Counted from the first letter of the stretch, positions 13,202 through 27,350 are shown. The stretch: 64,000 nt of DNA from Octopus bimaculoides (GCF_001194135.2 NC_068985.1:83013247-83077246); one strand, 5' to 3'. Numbers and translations are program-made. The notes: generated by a model from the sequence alone, not told the origin.

Positions 13202-13580
13202 ATTATTATTATTATTCAGTAGTTTTATTTTTATAACGTGCTTTCACTTCACTACCGAGCGCAGCTCTGTGTGCCTTGGGTATGTGCTGTGGTTTGCTGT
13301 GATGCTCTTATGGTTACTGTATTGAAAGTGTTTTGTGTAGGATGTGTGCAGTGCCCAGTAGTGCAATTTTCTGTATGTTATATATATATTTGTAAGTCCT
13401 GGTGTTTTTGTTATGTATTTATCTGAATATTTTTTAATTATACCTAAGGCACCTACTATGATAGGAATTGTTTCTGTTTTTAGATTCCACAGTCGAGTTA
13501 CTTCTATTTCCAGGTCTTTGTATTGTGAAAGTTTCTCCATTTCTTTTAGGGAAACATTGTCTGTGGCCAATAAAACGAAT
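13202..13580 (-). mobile_element. R4/Dong-clade (RLE-type) LINE 3' end with (TAA)n tail
   Basis: KEMEKLSQYKDLEIEVTRLWNLKTETIPIIVGALG matches the C-terminal restriction-like endonuclease region; ends ACTACTGAATAATAATAAT. Confidence 0.85.
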
Positions 13581-13613
13581 TGATTATTATTATGATTATT
13601 ATTATTATTATTC

Positions 13614-14184
13614 AGAGCAGTGAGTTGGGAGAATCGTTAGTGATGTATCTTTCAGCTGTACATTCTGTGTTCAAATTCCACTGAGGTCGACTCTGCCATT
13701 CATCGTTTTAGGGTAAATAAAACAAGTATCAGTTGAACACTGAGGTCAATGTAGTCAACTAGCCACCAACCCCGAAATTGCTGACCTTATCTCAAAATTT
13801 GAAACCAATATTTAATGGTCACAAGCTGGCAGTATTGTTACTTAGTGACATTCATCTGTCTGCACATTCTGAGTTCAATTTTTGCTGAATTCAATTTTGC
13901 CTTTCATCCTTCCTTTCGGGGTTGATAAATTAAGTACTAGTTGTGTACTGGGGTTGATCTAATTGTCTGGCACCCTCCCTCAAAATTTTAGGCTTTGTGC
14001 CTATAGTAGATATATTATTATTATTATTATTATTGTGTTGAGCTGGCAGAATCGTTAGTAGATTGGGAAAAATGCTTAGCAACATTTCGTCCATTTTTAC
14101 ATTCTGGGTTCAAATTCTGTCAAGGCCAGCTTTGCCTTTCATCCCTTTGGGATCGATAAGATAAGTACCAGTCAAGCACTGGGG
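13614..14184 (+). mobile_element. Three head-to-tail SINE A copies
   Basis: Family A motifs at about 13614, 13815 and 14034; (TTA)n linkers. Confidence 0.85.
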
Positions 14185-15330
14185 NNNNNNNNNNNNNNNN
14201 NNNNNNNNNNNNNNNNNNNNNNNNNNNNNNNNNNNNNNNNNNNNNNNNNNNNNNNNNNNNNNNNNNNNNNNNNNNNNNNNNNNNNNNNNNNNNNNNNNNN
14301 NNNNNNNNNNNNNNNNNNNNNNNNNNNNNNNNNNNNNNNNNNNNNNNNNNNNNNNNNNNNNNNNNNNNNNNNNNNNNNNNNNNNNNNNNNNNNNNNNNNN
14401 NNNNNNNNNNNNNNNNNNNNNNNNNNNNNNNNNNNNNNNNNNNNNNNNNNNNNNNNNNNNNNNNNNNNNNNNNNNNNNNNNNNNNNNNNNNNNNNNNNNN
14501 NNNNNNNNNNNNNNNNNNNNNNNNNNNNNNNNNNNNNNNNNNNNNNNNNNNNNNNNNNNNNNNNNNNNNNNNNNNNNNNNNNNNNNNNNNNNNNNNNNNN
14601 NNNNNNNNNNNNNNNNNNNNNNNNNNNNNNNNNNNNNNNNNNNNNNNNNNNNNNNNNNNNNNNNNNNNNNNNNNNNNNNNNNNNNNNNNNNNNNNNNNNN
14701 NNNNNNNNNNNNNNNNNNNNNNNNNNNNNNNNNNNNNNNNNNNNNNNNNNNNNNNNNNNNNNNNNNNNNNNNNNNNNNNNNNNNNNNNNNNNNNNNNNNN
14801 NNNNNNNNNNNNNNNNNNNNNNNNNNNNNNNNNNNNNNNNNNNNNNNNNNNNNNNNNNNNNNNNNNNNNNNNNNNNNNNNNNNNNNNNNNNNNNNNNNNN
14901 NNNNNNNNNNNNNNNNNNNNNNNNNNNNNNNNNNNNNNNNNNNNNNNNNNNNNNNNNNNNNNNNNNNNNNNNNNNNNNNNNNNNNNNNNNNNNNNNNNNN
15001 NNNNNNNNNNNNNNNNNNNNNNNNNNNNNNNNNNNNNNNNNNNNNNNNNNNNNNNNNNNNNNNNNNNNNNNNNNNNNNNNNNNNNNNNNNNNNNNNNNNN
15101 NNNNNNNNNNNNNNTCTCTTATAAAAATAAAATAAAATATAGACACAAAGCATTAGTTGGAATATGGACGGCAGCTGTGACAGAGTCAAACAACTGTATC
15201 TTACCATCAAAAGACAGAATAAAATGCAGATTGAGATGAATTGGAAACAACAAAATAAAATATACACAATAGTTAAATTGAAAATTATGGCAACAACAAC
15301 AACAACAATAATAATAACAATGATGATGAC

Positions 15331-15365
<35 letters not shown>

Positions 15366-15468
15366 TAATGTACAAGAAAAATTGGCATAAAAATTGTTTT
15401 TAGTTTCCATTGTTTCTGAAATAAATTTTTTTCTGCAATTTTTATTACCACCATCTCCCACCCCCATA

Positions 15469-15500
<32 letters not shown>

Positions 15501-15887
15501 CTGAAATGTTATCGTTTTGTCTTGTCTTGTCTCAGAGCATTGAGGGAGGGGATTGTGGGGAAAAGAATATGAAAAAAATTTTAATAACTAAAAAGGATTT
15601 AAAAAAAAAAAAATAAACTTACATGCATGCATATGCGTGTGTGTGTATGTAGTTGTGTGTATAATATCATATATGTGTGTGTGTACAAATATATATATAT
15701 CTAGAGAGAGATAGAGAGAGAGAGATAGAAAGAGAGAGACAGAAAGAGAGAGAGAGACAGAAAAAGAGTGTGAGAGTGAGAGAGATACACTCTCATACAT
15801 AATATAGTCACATGCAACAATATAGACATTATCTATCTATCTATCTCTCTATCTCTCTATCTCTCTCTCTATCTATCTATCTATCTA

Positions 15888-15932
<45 letters not shown>

Positions 15933-15994
15933 TTATATATATAAAGACGCATACATCTTAGGTAACATAAATAAGCATGTACCATATGTGTAAC

Positions 15995-16074
<80 letters not shown>

Positions 16075-17167
16075 TATGACTTGTTCTTGTGTATACATAT
16101 GTGTACGTGCGTGTTTGCATGATTGGAAAATAGTGAAAGAATTGAAAAGAAGTGGAGTGAGAAGCAAGAGAAAAAGAATGAGCAGTAGTGGGAGAAAAGC
16201 AAAGGTAGGGGTAAGAGTGAGAGGAAGTGAAGGAGTGGGTGGAGGAGGGAAACAAAGCAATCCAGGAAATAAAATGACTATAGTGCCTGTGATAACCTTA
16301 TAGCATTGATTACATTTGCACAAACATACATGCACAACATCTCTCACACTGACACAACTTCATATGCATTATCTGTTGTGTATGTATTCACATACATACT
16401 CACACACTCACACAGTTGCATATACATACACATGTATATACATATAGACACACATAAGACACCACTATAGCCTTATATATTTATATGGACTTAGTCATTC
16501 TCCTCTGTCTCTGTATTTGAGACATAGTCATTCTTGCACTTAACCTTATTATACAAATTGACACATAAACACACGTTAGCTACTTCTTTTTTCGTCTACA
16601 TATCCCTCCCATTTTATACAAATGCACACACACACACACACACAGACTGAGTGACAGAATGAAGAGAAGAGAATGAAAAGATAGAACTAACAAAATGTCC
16701 GTGAAAATATGGCTTTTTTCCTCAACAATCATAAATGTAAGTAATCAATACAAATGATAAAATTAAATGACAAATATCACAAAGAAAGAAAATAAATTAA
16801 AGTAAACCCACATTAGCTGTCTTTCTATGGACTATAGCAGTTTTGATACCTGAGATAGAACTACATACCCTATAGGCATCAACAACCAATGGATGTACTT
16901 TATAGGTGATACAGTGGAAATGATACACACACAAAGATAGATAGATATACGGACAGATTGGCAGATATATTAGTATAGAGTAGTTTAAGTGAAGCATTGT
17001 ATGTTATTTAAATTTAAAACTGAAATTGTTCAGAAGCCAAATACTTTTCGATATGTCAATTTGCATTATATTGGCCTTTGATGAATTTCAATTTTAACCT
17101 TATATTTGTGTAAAAAATTGATTTCTATTGTTGTTTTCTTTAATTTGTATGCTGTTCAGAGAAAATT

Positions 17168-17203
17168 TTCCAATATTTAGGATTGATTCCTTCTTCAGGA
17201 AGA
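17168..17203 (-). ncRNA. Degenerate minimal HHR (G12 replaced by U; probably inactive)
   Basis: UUC-CUGAAGA-A-GGA-AUCAA-UCC-UAAA-UAUU-GGAA. Confidence 0.4.
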
Positions 17204-17744
17204 AAAAAAATATAGTTTTCCTTGTTCTTAGTCTGTGGGGAGTTGAAAATAATGAAGAATTGCTAGAAATGGTAAAGAATTAGTAACTACAAATGGTTTT
17301 GATGGAAGTGCTTGAAGAGTAAATGTTGTAAGCAGTGGATAGGGAATAAGAAGGAATGAGGCGGGGGATTATTAGTATAAAGCAGAGAGGAAACTTTTGG
17401 TCAGGCGAAGATTTTATTTATAGACTTGTTAATAATTATATGCACATATGTATATTGTCGAAATTACACCAGTCTACCGAAAACTTTCACACCAGACCCC
17501 CCAGAAACAGCTGTTGAATTTGTAATACCATACCTTCCCCCTTTAATTTTCTGTAGTCTTTGTCCTCTGTGTAAGTTTGCTTTGTTGATATATAAATTTC
17601 TATAAATTTATTCATGAATATTCATCGTTTGAATATTTCCAATCTTTGGTTTTCTCTCAATTTCCATGCATGTATGTATGCATGTATATTTTGTATATTT
17701 AGCCCAAACAGTTTTATTCGTTTTCTTGCATCATTATCTCTATG

Positions 17745-17780
<36 letters not shown>

Positions 17781-17791
17781 ATATACATACT

Positions 17792-18002
17792 TTTCTACTC
17801 TAGGCACAAAGCCTGAAATTTTGGGGGAGGGGGCCAGTCGATTAGATCGACCCCATTATGCAACTGGTACTTAATTTATCAACCCCAAAAGGATAAAAGG
17901 CAAAGTCAACCTTGGGGGAATTTGAACTCGGAACATAAAGACAGACAAAATACCACTAAGCATTTCACCTGGTGTGCTAACATTTCTGCCAATTCACCGC
18001 AT
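17792..18002 (-). mobile_element. SINE A, full length
   Basis: Complete family A motifs from head to GCCTAGAGTAGAAAA tail. Confidence 0.9.
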
Positions 18003-19189
18003 TGTGAATATATACATACTGTCATATATATATATATATATATATGTTCGCACGCTCACATATACCCACCAGACATCTAATCTGTAACCTATTTCTTGTT
18101 TTATGGTCAAAGTGAAATTTTCACCTTTGACATTAACAAAGTTATCGACTGTATTTGGCAGAATTCTCTTCGCTTAACTACATGCAGTCCTATAACTTAC
18201 TCCCATTTCAGATTATCTGCTATATAAGGTTTAAATCAGAGTAATTTAATGCCAACAGCAATAGCAAAAACAAAGCACATGTCAATGTTAGTGCGAAAAC
18301 ATTTATCTAAATTTCATTTTTCTTTCTACAAAGACATCTTCTTTGAGACGAATCCCTGTATTTGTACATCTAATAATCATATAGAAGCAACCACCGTTCC
18401 CACTACTAGCCTGTAACGTCATTTGTTCAATTATTTATTTAAGAAAATCTTCAAAATATCTTGCTGCAAGGTCCCAACAATATAGCGTGCATGTTACATC
18501 CTCAATATACCAATCCTATGCTCCCACAGGCAAGGTTATCACAGCAAATATCAAATCACTTCATTCTCCATTCCTTACACCTCAACAGTCTAAAATTATT
18601 CTAAAAATCTTTCAATGCGATCCATATTTACACCTGTGTCAAACTGCATGGAAAATGAGTCTCCATTTTATTGTTTTCAATTTAAAGAGTCGCCGACTCT
18701 TTCCAGAGTTCATTTACATCTAACAGTTGAATAGTGCTCCCTTCTCTTAAATACAGCAACCGTTACCTTCATTCAAATTCTTGTCATGTCTTTTATCTTT
18801 TACTTGTTTCATTCATTTAACTGCAGCCATGCCGGGGTACCACCTTGGAGGATTTTAGTCAAATAAATCAGCCATAGGATTTATTCTTGAAGCCTAGTAC
18901 TTATTCTAATGATCTTTTTTGCCAAACATCAGTTGTCAATCACTGACGATATATGATGTGTGTGCATATGACAAAATATCACAGTTCCAAATATAACTGT
19001 GTAACAATAAACAATGTAACAAAAGTTGGTTATCTTATAACCGTTCACACAACAACAATCCAATACTCCAATGCAGAATCAATAATGAGACTAACACTCT
19101 CACAGTTTGATATCAACTGTCTACTGGCTTATCTGTTTATAAGACTTGTCCAGTCCACTGACAGTCATATGCGGGGATGTCAGTTCATT

Positions 19190-19231
<42 letters not shown>

Positions 19232-19961
19232 ACACACACATATATAAAGAAATAATCAATATGAGACTTATTTTATTAAACCAAAGTTTAATAAATTTCA
19301 TCAAATAAAATAAATTAATCAGATTGGATGTAAAAATGGATTAAGTTTTTATATCGTTTCATATTCCCATATAATTATTGTAGACAAAAGGACCAAGATT
19401 TCCATAAATAGAACATCATAAAGGTTGAATTTGTCCTCTTCAGTAGGTGAGATTTAAGTAAAATAAAAAAATAAACAAAAAAGACTTTTAAAATATATGT
19501 AGAATTTTTTCAGGTATTTGTATATTCATTCTTCTACTCAGCATTATTTGAATCAAGATGGAAAACATTGAAGGACTTGGCTGGTTACATATCTATTATT
19601 TAAACTTTTGACTTCCTCACTATGAAAGCAAATATATATCTGTTTAAAAAGGCTGTATTAGAAAACATTTTCTCAATGTGCCACACAGTGAGACTGAACC
19701 TGGAACCATGTGGTTGAGAAGAAAGCTTCTTACCACACAGCCACTCCTGTGCCAATCTAGTAGAAAGATAGGATACTCACACTTTGAGTAAGTCTTGATT
19801 CAGCTTTAGAAACTAACAGCTCAGTGATGAATGGCAGTTCTCACCTGAATTTCTTTCAAATCATACATTAACATCTTAGGGCACACTGGGCACACCAGAT
19901 AATATAGTACCTGTTATATACAACAAAGTGAGATGTCCATGGTTTGAATAAATTTGATCAT

Positions 19962-20358
19962 AGGCTCAGTTGTGGCTGTGTGGTAAGAAGCTTGCTTCTC
20001 AACCCCATGGTTCTGGGTTCAGTCCTACTGGCAAAGCTTGTGAGTGGAATTGGTTGACAGAAACTGAAAAAAGTCAGTCGTATATATTTGTGCATGTGTG
20101 TGCATGTGTGTGCGCGTATGCATGTGTGTGTGTGTGTGTGTGTCTTTGTGTCTGTGTTTGTCCTCCACTACCACTTGACAACTAGTGATGGTGTGTTTAC
20201 ATCCCTGTAACTTAGCTGTTTGGCAAGAGAAATGGGTAAAATAAGTACCAGGTTTTAGAAAAGAAATACTGGGGTTAATTCATTTGACTAGAAATTCTTC
20301 AAAGCAGTGCCCCAGCATGGTTGCAGTTTGATGGCTGAAACAAGTAAAAGATAAAAGA
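19962..20358 (+). mobile_element. SINE B with internal deletion and (TG)n
   Basis: Head, internal microsatellite and tail motifs; an additional minus-strand head lies at about 19672-19752. Confidence 0.85.
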
Positions 20359-20679
20359 TATTCCATGCTCAAGAGTGACAGGAACCTACATAACATAGAC
20401 TCATGTCAGTTTTTAGTATAAGTATAAAATCAAATTTGTGATGAGAGGATTAGTTGATTAAATCAAATCTAGTTCTTGACTAGTCCTTTCATTACCATAT
20501 TTGTACATGTATAAGGAATGTCCTAATTTGGGGCAGGGTGTGCTTAGAATTTGGGAAAAAGGTTTTGTAAGGGATTATAATACTATCCATGTATAAGTAT
20601 CTCTCATATTTTTTAAACCTAATTTTTGATGAAAAAGGGTTCCTTATACATGTTAAAATACAGTAATCAGCCCCACAAA

Positions 20680-21675
20680 AACAAAGCTGGCTTTGATGTG
20701 ATTTGAACTCAGAATATAAAGAAGTAGAAAAACTAGTACAAGGTATTTTGTGTAATGTTCTAATGATTCTGTCAGTACATTGCTTGCAAACATGCATCTA
20801 AATAGCTGTTTCAAAGTTTGCCACAAGTCCAACATTTGGGGAGGAGTTAGTCAATTGCATTGACTCCAGTACTTGGCTGGTACTTTATTTTACTGACCCC
20901 GAAAAGGATGGAAGGGGAAATTCAAATACTCAGCAGTATTTGAATTCTGGACAAAAGGAGCTAGAAAAATTCTAAGTGTTTTGTCTGACGTTTTAATGAT
21001 TTTGTTTTAAGCACTGACATAAATAGTGGTTTCAAATTTTAGTACAAGGAAAAGGTTTAAGTCAATTACATCAACCCAGTGCATGACTGGTATTTATTTT
21101 ATCAACCCTGAAAGGAGGAAAGGCAAAGTTGACTTCAGCAGAATTTGAACTCAGAGCAGATGAATCATTTTGTCCCGGCATGCTAACGATTCTGCCAGCT
21201 CACCACCTTATTTGCTCAGAAATATTGGTTTCAAATTTTGGCACAAGGCCAGCAATTCTGTGGGAGAGGGGTAAGTTGATTACATCAACCCCAGTGCACA
21301 ACTGGTGCCTATTTTATCAAGTCCCAAAAGATGAATAACAAAGTTGACCTTGGCATAATTTGAAATCAGAACGTAAAGACAGATGAAATGCCACTAAGCT
21401 TTTTTAATCAGTGTGCTAATAATTCTGCCAGCTTGTTCCAGCATTCATCCATGCATATTGGTTTCAAATTTTGGCACAAGGCTAGCATGTTTTGATGAAC
21501 AGGTTAAGTAGATTACATCAACCTAGTGCACGACTGGTATTTATTTCATCGAACTTGAAAGGATGAAAGGCAGAGTCAACTTCGGCAGAATTTGAACTCA
21601 GAGCATAAAGGCAGATGAAATTCTGCTAAGCATTTTGCCCCAGCATGCTAATGACTCTACCAGCTTACTGCCTTA
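20680..21675 (-). mobile_element. Array of five head-to-tail SINE A copies
   Basis: Units start near 20680, 20808, 21025, 21226 and 21458; TTTCAAATTTTGGCACAAGG tail motif recurs. Confidence 0.85.
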
Positions 21676-22360
21676 GAGTATGAACCTAAATAATAACAAC
21701 AACAATAAATCTCTCTATATTTTTTGCAAGAGTTCTTCTGGCCTCCAGCCTACTGATATTTTTCAACTCCGTACCAATCCTCTATCTTTACCCACAGAAC
21801 CACATTCTATTCATCATCTCCTTTACACATTACATAAAATTCTTTATTAACATTTTTCTCTAAATCCTTCTTCTTCAGACTTGCATCCATCTGGAAATTC
21901 CTTCTCTCTCTCCCTCTCTCTTGCTTTGTGTCTCAAACTTAAACATTACTAAAACATTAAACTCACCAACATACCCAATCATATTAACTGCCCAGTCTTG
22001 AGAGCCTATAAATGCTATGGGTATGGCCTTTCATTTGCGGAGTAACAATGAATGAAAAATAGTATTATTTCCAGCGGTCTTTCTGTTTGTTGTCTGTCTA
22101 TCTGTCTCACTCCCATATAAACAGATATAAACACATACACATATAAAAATTACATACACTGATTTTTCTCCTCACAAGCATATAAGGAACTCCTCACACA
22201 CACACACACACACGTTTCTGTATCCATACATAAGCACACACATATCTTCTTCCATGTGTCCATACTTAATCACATGCACCCTCATTCCTCATGTACAAAC
22301 ACAGACACACTCCCACGTTCCACCGCCCCACACACACACATACATACACACATACATACA

Positions 22361-22394
<34 letters not shown>

Positions 22395-23515
22395 CATACA
22401 TACATCATATATACATTTAATCTCTCTTACTCTTATACATCCCTTATCTTTCACATAGATAACACCTACACACACACATATAAACACATATGCACATGGA
22501 CATACACACACGAATATACACACACACGCACACACACACACACACACACTTCTTTCCAACATATCTAAACTGAGAAAGACAATAACATCAACTCCAGTCA
22601 CACTACCCCCACTGCCTCCCACACNNNNNNNNNNNNNNNNNNNNNNNNNNNNNNNNNNNNNNNNNNNNNNNNNNNNNNNNNNNNNNNNNNNNNNNNNNNN
22701 NNNNNNNNNNNNNNNNNNNNNNNNNNNNNNNNNNNNNNNNNNNNNNNNNNNNNNNNNNNNNNNNNNNNNNNNNNNNNNNNNNNNNNNNNNNNNNNNNNNN
22801 NNNNNNNNNNNNNNNNNNNNNNNNNNNNNNNNNNNNNNNNNNNNNNNNNNNNNNNNNNNNNNNNNNNNNNNNNNNNNNNNNNNNNNNNNNNNNNNNNNNN
22901 NNNNNNNNNNNNNNNNNNNNNNNNNNNNNNNNNNNNNNNNNNNNNNNNNNNNNNNNNNNNNNNNNNNNNNNNNNNNNNNNNNNNNNNNNNNNNNNNNNNN
23001 NNNNNNNNNNNNNNAATCTTTTTCTTTTTGAAATTTAAATTTCATTTATTTATATATTTATATACATATACATGTATATATATATATATATGTATAATTT
23101 TTTTTGTGTAGCTCGTATTTATTTGAATTTCATTGTTGTTGTTATCATTATTATTATTGTTATTATATTTTTGTTGCGTTGCTTGTTTTTATTGTTTGTA
23201 ATGATTGTTGTTGTTTTTTAAGACAAAATAAATGAAGTTTGAAATTTTTATTTATTTATTTATTTCTTACCATGGCAATTTTGCTGCTGCTGCTGCTGCT
23301 TGCTTCTGTTGATATTATTGATGATGATGATGGCTGTGGTAGTAATAATGGTGGTGGCAGTCTTAATTCTTTAAATTTTTATTTATTATCTTCTTTGTTT
23401 GTTTTTGTTAGTTGTGATCATTTGCGTGTATGAATTATTGCCATGGCTGCAGTTCTGAGAATGTCTCTTCCTGCATTTCTTCTGCCATCTAGCAACTACC
23501 CAACCAGCCAACCAA

Positions 23516-23546
<31 letters not shown>

Positions 23547-24349
23547 ACCAACAGCCAGCCATGCTTTTGTAATCACTGCTTCCATGACCATCATCAACAC
23601 CACCACCACCACAGCCACCATCACACCACCACCACCACCACCACCACCATCAACAACATGATGGCGATCGTCACCACTATCACAGCCACCAACTATCACA
23701 ACCAGCATCACCATCATCATTGACATAACCGCTGACACAAGCGCAGTCTTCTGCTTCTACATGCAATGACAATGTATACATAACTTATACAGCACAAACA
23801 CACATGCACACACTTACCCTCATGCACACAAATACTGCATTATATTGTTGATATGCCTCTAAGCAGATTTCTCTGCTAGGTTTCCTTGGTTGCTAATCTA
23901 GTGGAACTGGCGTTCAGAAGTTACTGACCACAGACAAGTTTTGTTTCCTTTAAATTTATCTTCTATTATCATTACTGTCAGGGCACTGGATCAGTGGTGA
24001 AACACTTTATTTAAGATATTATGAGACTGCAGGTTCGAATTTAAGTAACTACTTTGGATTTCATTATTTTTTTGTAAAAATGTTTTTTAGTTTTTAGCTT
24101 TGTTATTTATCATCATCGTCATCACCATTGAATTTGTCAGACTGAATTTGTTGAGGCAGACTTTCTACAGCTAGATGCATGCTTGTCGCCGAGGGAGAAG
24201 ACACTGGAGGACATTGCACCCCACCTCCACAAACTATTCAATGGTGCACCCTTGGATTTACAGTTATGGACTCATTTTAAAACTACATTTAAGCATTTTA
24301 CAACTTAGTGCCAACCTAGAATATTCTGAAGCACACCCAAGCACAAATG

Positions 24350-24510
24350 TCTGGTGATAGTCCTGGATGGATGCCCTTTCTGTCACCAACCCTCACCTGC
24401 TTCAAAGTAAGGTAATATTGCCTCATGGCCAGACATGTTTTCATGGAAGATTGGAAATGACAGACACTGCTTGTATGACAGTGATACTCATTTACAACTA
24501 TCATGCATTG
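24350..24510 (-). mobile_element. RTE-type 3' UTR fragment, second subtype
   Basis: GGATGCCCTTTCTGTCACCAACCCTCACCTG; homologous plus-strand pieces at about 41125-41275 and 55215-55445. Confidence 0.65.
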
Positions 24511-24512
24511 TG

Positions 24513-24552
<40 letters not shown>

Positions 24553-25114
24553 TAATACTTACATATATTGATATGAAGCATTCTGATGGGGAGTGTACAC
24601 AGACCCTCACTATCATTATTTCTCAGTTGCTGCTTATTCCGCACCCTTTTCTCATCTCTTCTTCCAGCTAGTCAGAAATTCACACTTTCCTTTTCAGCCC
24701 CCCCCTCCCCTCCCTCACTTCTCCTCTCCCTTCTCCTTGCAAGCACTTGACTTTGATGGATTGCAGGAGTGAGGGAGATTGTAATTCATTGAGTAGCAAT
24801 TGTTTGTTTAAATTAATTGGACTTGTACAGGAACCCTCTGCCTGTTGGCAAGTATTCACAGAAACCTTCCTTTCAGGTACTGGATAACAGTCCTGCAACT
24901 ACCTTAGATGCTTCCTATCAAATTCACAGCTTTAGAGCTGCCACAATGAAAGTTAGATCCAATAAGATTCTTGAAAGGTTAGACAGAAGGCTTGTACGCA
25001 TGTACGGTGAGGAAGCAGTGAGATGAGGTGGGGGGGTCAGCTAAACTTCTCATATACATGGTACAAAGGTAGAAATTCTTTAGGCAGGTAACAATGAGAG
25101 AATGGGTGGTGTTG

Positions 25115-25612
25115 GCACACTTTTGGCACTAAGTGCAAGCATACCATTATACATCCACTCACATTTCGCATCAACAACATCTCAATTCTCTCTGATACAC
25201 TACTTTGCAACCTGGAATACCTCATGTCTTTGATCCTCATGTTATAGAACACTGACAAACCTCTTACATTTTTTGCTTCTTCTGTTACTATGTAAAATTC
25301 ACTGCTGCCTCCATTTTTCCAGTTTTTGAAAGACTGTCTTTCCACTTTCATAGCTTTGTCAGACTTACTGTTCTACTATGGCATCGCTCTTAGTCTGGCC
25401 TGGACTTTGCACCAGCTATAGTTCACAGTTGTCTTCTATGTTATACATCTCTGCCTCACCCTCCCTCTCTCCTGTTCACCAAATGTTTCATCTAGAACAT
25501 CTCTTAATTTCTGATTGTTTGCTAGATCCTTAAGCTTCCAAAACTTCCTTTTCCAGACCCTCTCATGTCTATCATGCACATCATCTCCTTTTGTTTTATA
25601 TCTCATCTTTCT
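25115..25612 (-). mobile_element. Degraded RTE ORF2 fragment (endonuclease-RT linker)
   Basis: WKLKDLANNQKLRD..WCKVQAR..RQSFKNWKNGGSSEFY..CIREN*DVVDAKC, with stops and frameshifts. Confidence 0.75.
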
Positions 25613-25616
25613 ACAG

Positions 25617-26170
25617 CAGTGGTTCTCAACCAGTTTTTGTTTCTGGACCCCTTTAATTTCTATTTTACTCTGGTGGACCCTCGTAGCCATTTGGTGTTTA
25701 AGAAAATCCTTCTATATTTTTATTATTAAATATTATTGGGTAAAGACCCCCTTCAGTCATGAATGACCATGGGATTGCACCTGGAAAGTTCCCCTCCAAG
25801 GACAAGTCCAAGCAAGGTTGTTTATGGAAGACCAGCATTTGCCCATGCATACCAGCCTCCCTTCTTCATGCCCCCAGTGTTATCTAAGACAAGGGCAAAA
25901 GCCAATACAATGTGGCACCAGTGATGCTGCAACTCATTTCCACAGATGAGTGAACTGGAGCAATGTGAAATAAAGTGTCTTGCTCAAGAACACAGCACAC
26001 AGCCCAGTCCTGAAATTGAACATGCAACGCTCTAACCATTAAGGAATTGTATAAAAAAAATTATTGAAATATTTTGTGTATTGTAGAAGTATAACCACTT
26101 TATTGCACATGGATTATAACGACAAATCTTATATGGACATTTCAGGGCCATGTGGACCCCAATAGAGTGC
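25617..26170 (+). mobile_element. hAT-type MITE interrupted by SINE C
   Basis: Starts CAGTGGTTCTCAACC; internal sequence homologous to 41595-42320; right TIR not recognisable. Confidence 0.6.
25741..26040 (-). mobile_element. tRNA-derived SINE family C
   Basis: Reverse-complement homolog of 26299-26636. Confidence 0.85.
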
Positions 26171-26298
26171 CGTTAATCTACAAGCTTTCCCTATATTCTA
26201 ATTCATCTATACTGCTTTTCTCTGCCTCTCCTGTACGGCCACTTATCACCTCCTCCTTTTTGATCTATTTCTTTTTACCTTCATGCTTACACTGTGAA

Positions 26299-26636
26299 GG
26301 TGCATGGCTCAGTTGTGAGTGTGTTGGGCTCACAATAATGAGGTAGTGAGTACAATTCCTGGATCAGGCTGTGTGTTGTGTTCTTGAGCAAGTCACTTTA
26401 TTTCACATTGCTCCATTTCACGAGAAATGAGTTGTGATATCACAGGTGCAAAGCTGTATCAGCCTTTGCCTTTCTCTTGGATAACATCGGTAGAGTGGAG
26501 AGGGGAGGCTGGTATATATAGGCAACTGCTGGTCTTCTGTAAACAACCCTGCCCAGACTTGTGCCTTGGAGGGTAACATTCTAGGTGCAATCCCATGGTC
26601 ATTCATGACTGAAGGGGCTCTTTACCTTTTACCCTT
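26299..26636 (+). mobile_element. SINE C, full length
   Basis: A-box-like TGGCTCAGTTG; GTGTTCTTGAGCAAGTCACTTTA central domain; tail GGTCATTCATGACTGAAGGGG. Confidence 0.85.
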
Positions 26637-27254
26637 ATACTTGCACTGATATTTACCATTGACCACATTTCAATTCTTTGTACATTATTCACTACATTAT
26701 CTCTACCTCCAACACAAACCACCTCCTACTCTCCTATGAACTCTTCCTTCAACACCTCTCTATGTTCAGTCCATATTTTTTTCTTATACTTGTCCTCTTG
26801 TACTTTGAGTGTAGGCTTTGACATCTCATCACCAACTCCCACTCACTCCTATATAATGTGAAGTAGCTATGTATCTCTTCCATAGCAAGACACCTATGCT
26901 ACTTCCCTTATTATACCTTTGCCTCCCAACATTTGACATAAAACTATCTCTCCCTCTACTATGGCTCCACTTAGTGGAAGAGGCTCCTTCCTTCCTTTAT
27001 TTTCTTAGTCTCAGCAATAACTTGACAAACTCACAAGTATCAGTGCCATGATAAAATGTGCCCAGCACACTCTGTAAAGTGGTTGGTATAACGAAAGGCA
27101 TCTAGCTGTAGAAACCATACCAAAGCAGACACTGACACAAGTGTGTCTGTCAGAGTAATAGACACACACATATATGTACATACATACATACATACATACA
27201 TACATACATACATACATTTAGAGACAGAGAGCAGTTGCTAGGTTTCATTCCTTA

Positions 27255-27350
27255 ACAGCTACCTCTGATGAATACAGGGTTACATAAATGGACTGTTACC
27301 TAACACTCTGTTGAACCCCTAGTGCAAAATTGATTGGTAAGATCAGCTGT
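27255..27350 (+). ncRNA. Degenerate HHR-like fold
   Basis: ACAGCU/AGCUGU stem, CUGAUGA at 27265, long imperfect stem II, CAAAA where CGAAA is expected. Confidence 0.3.

Noticed and set aside
18300-18790. Unique-looking sequence, possibly an old transposase
   Set aside because: Stops in the frames read and no recognisable motif
19848-19915. 66-nt open minus-strand exon candidate
   Set aside because: Lies in what appears to be an old repeat adjoining a SINE; peptide unrecognised
23819-23895. Strong minus-strand donor (AGG|GTAAGT) with an open frame
   Set aside because: No pyrimidine-rich acceptor
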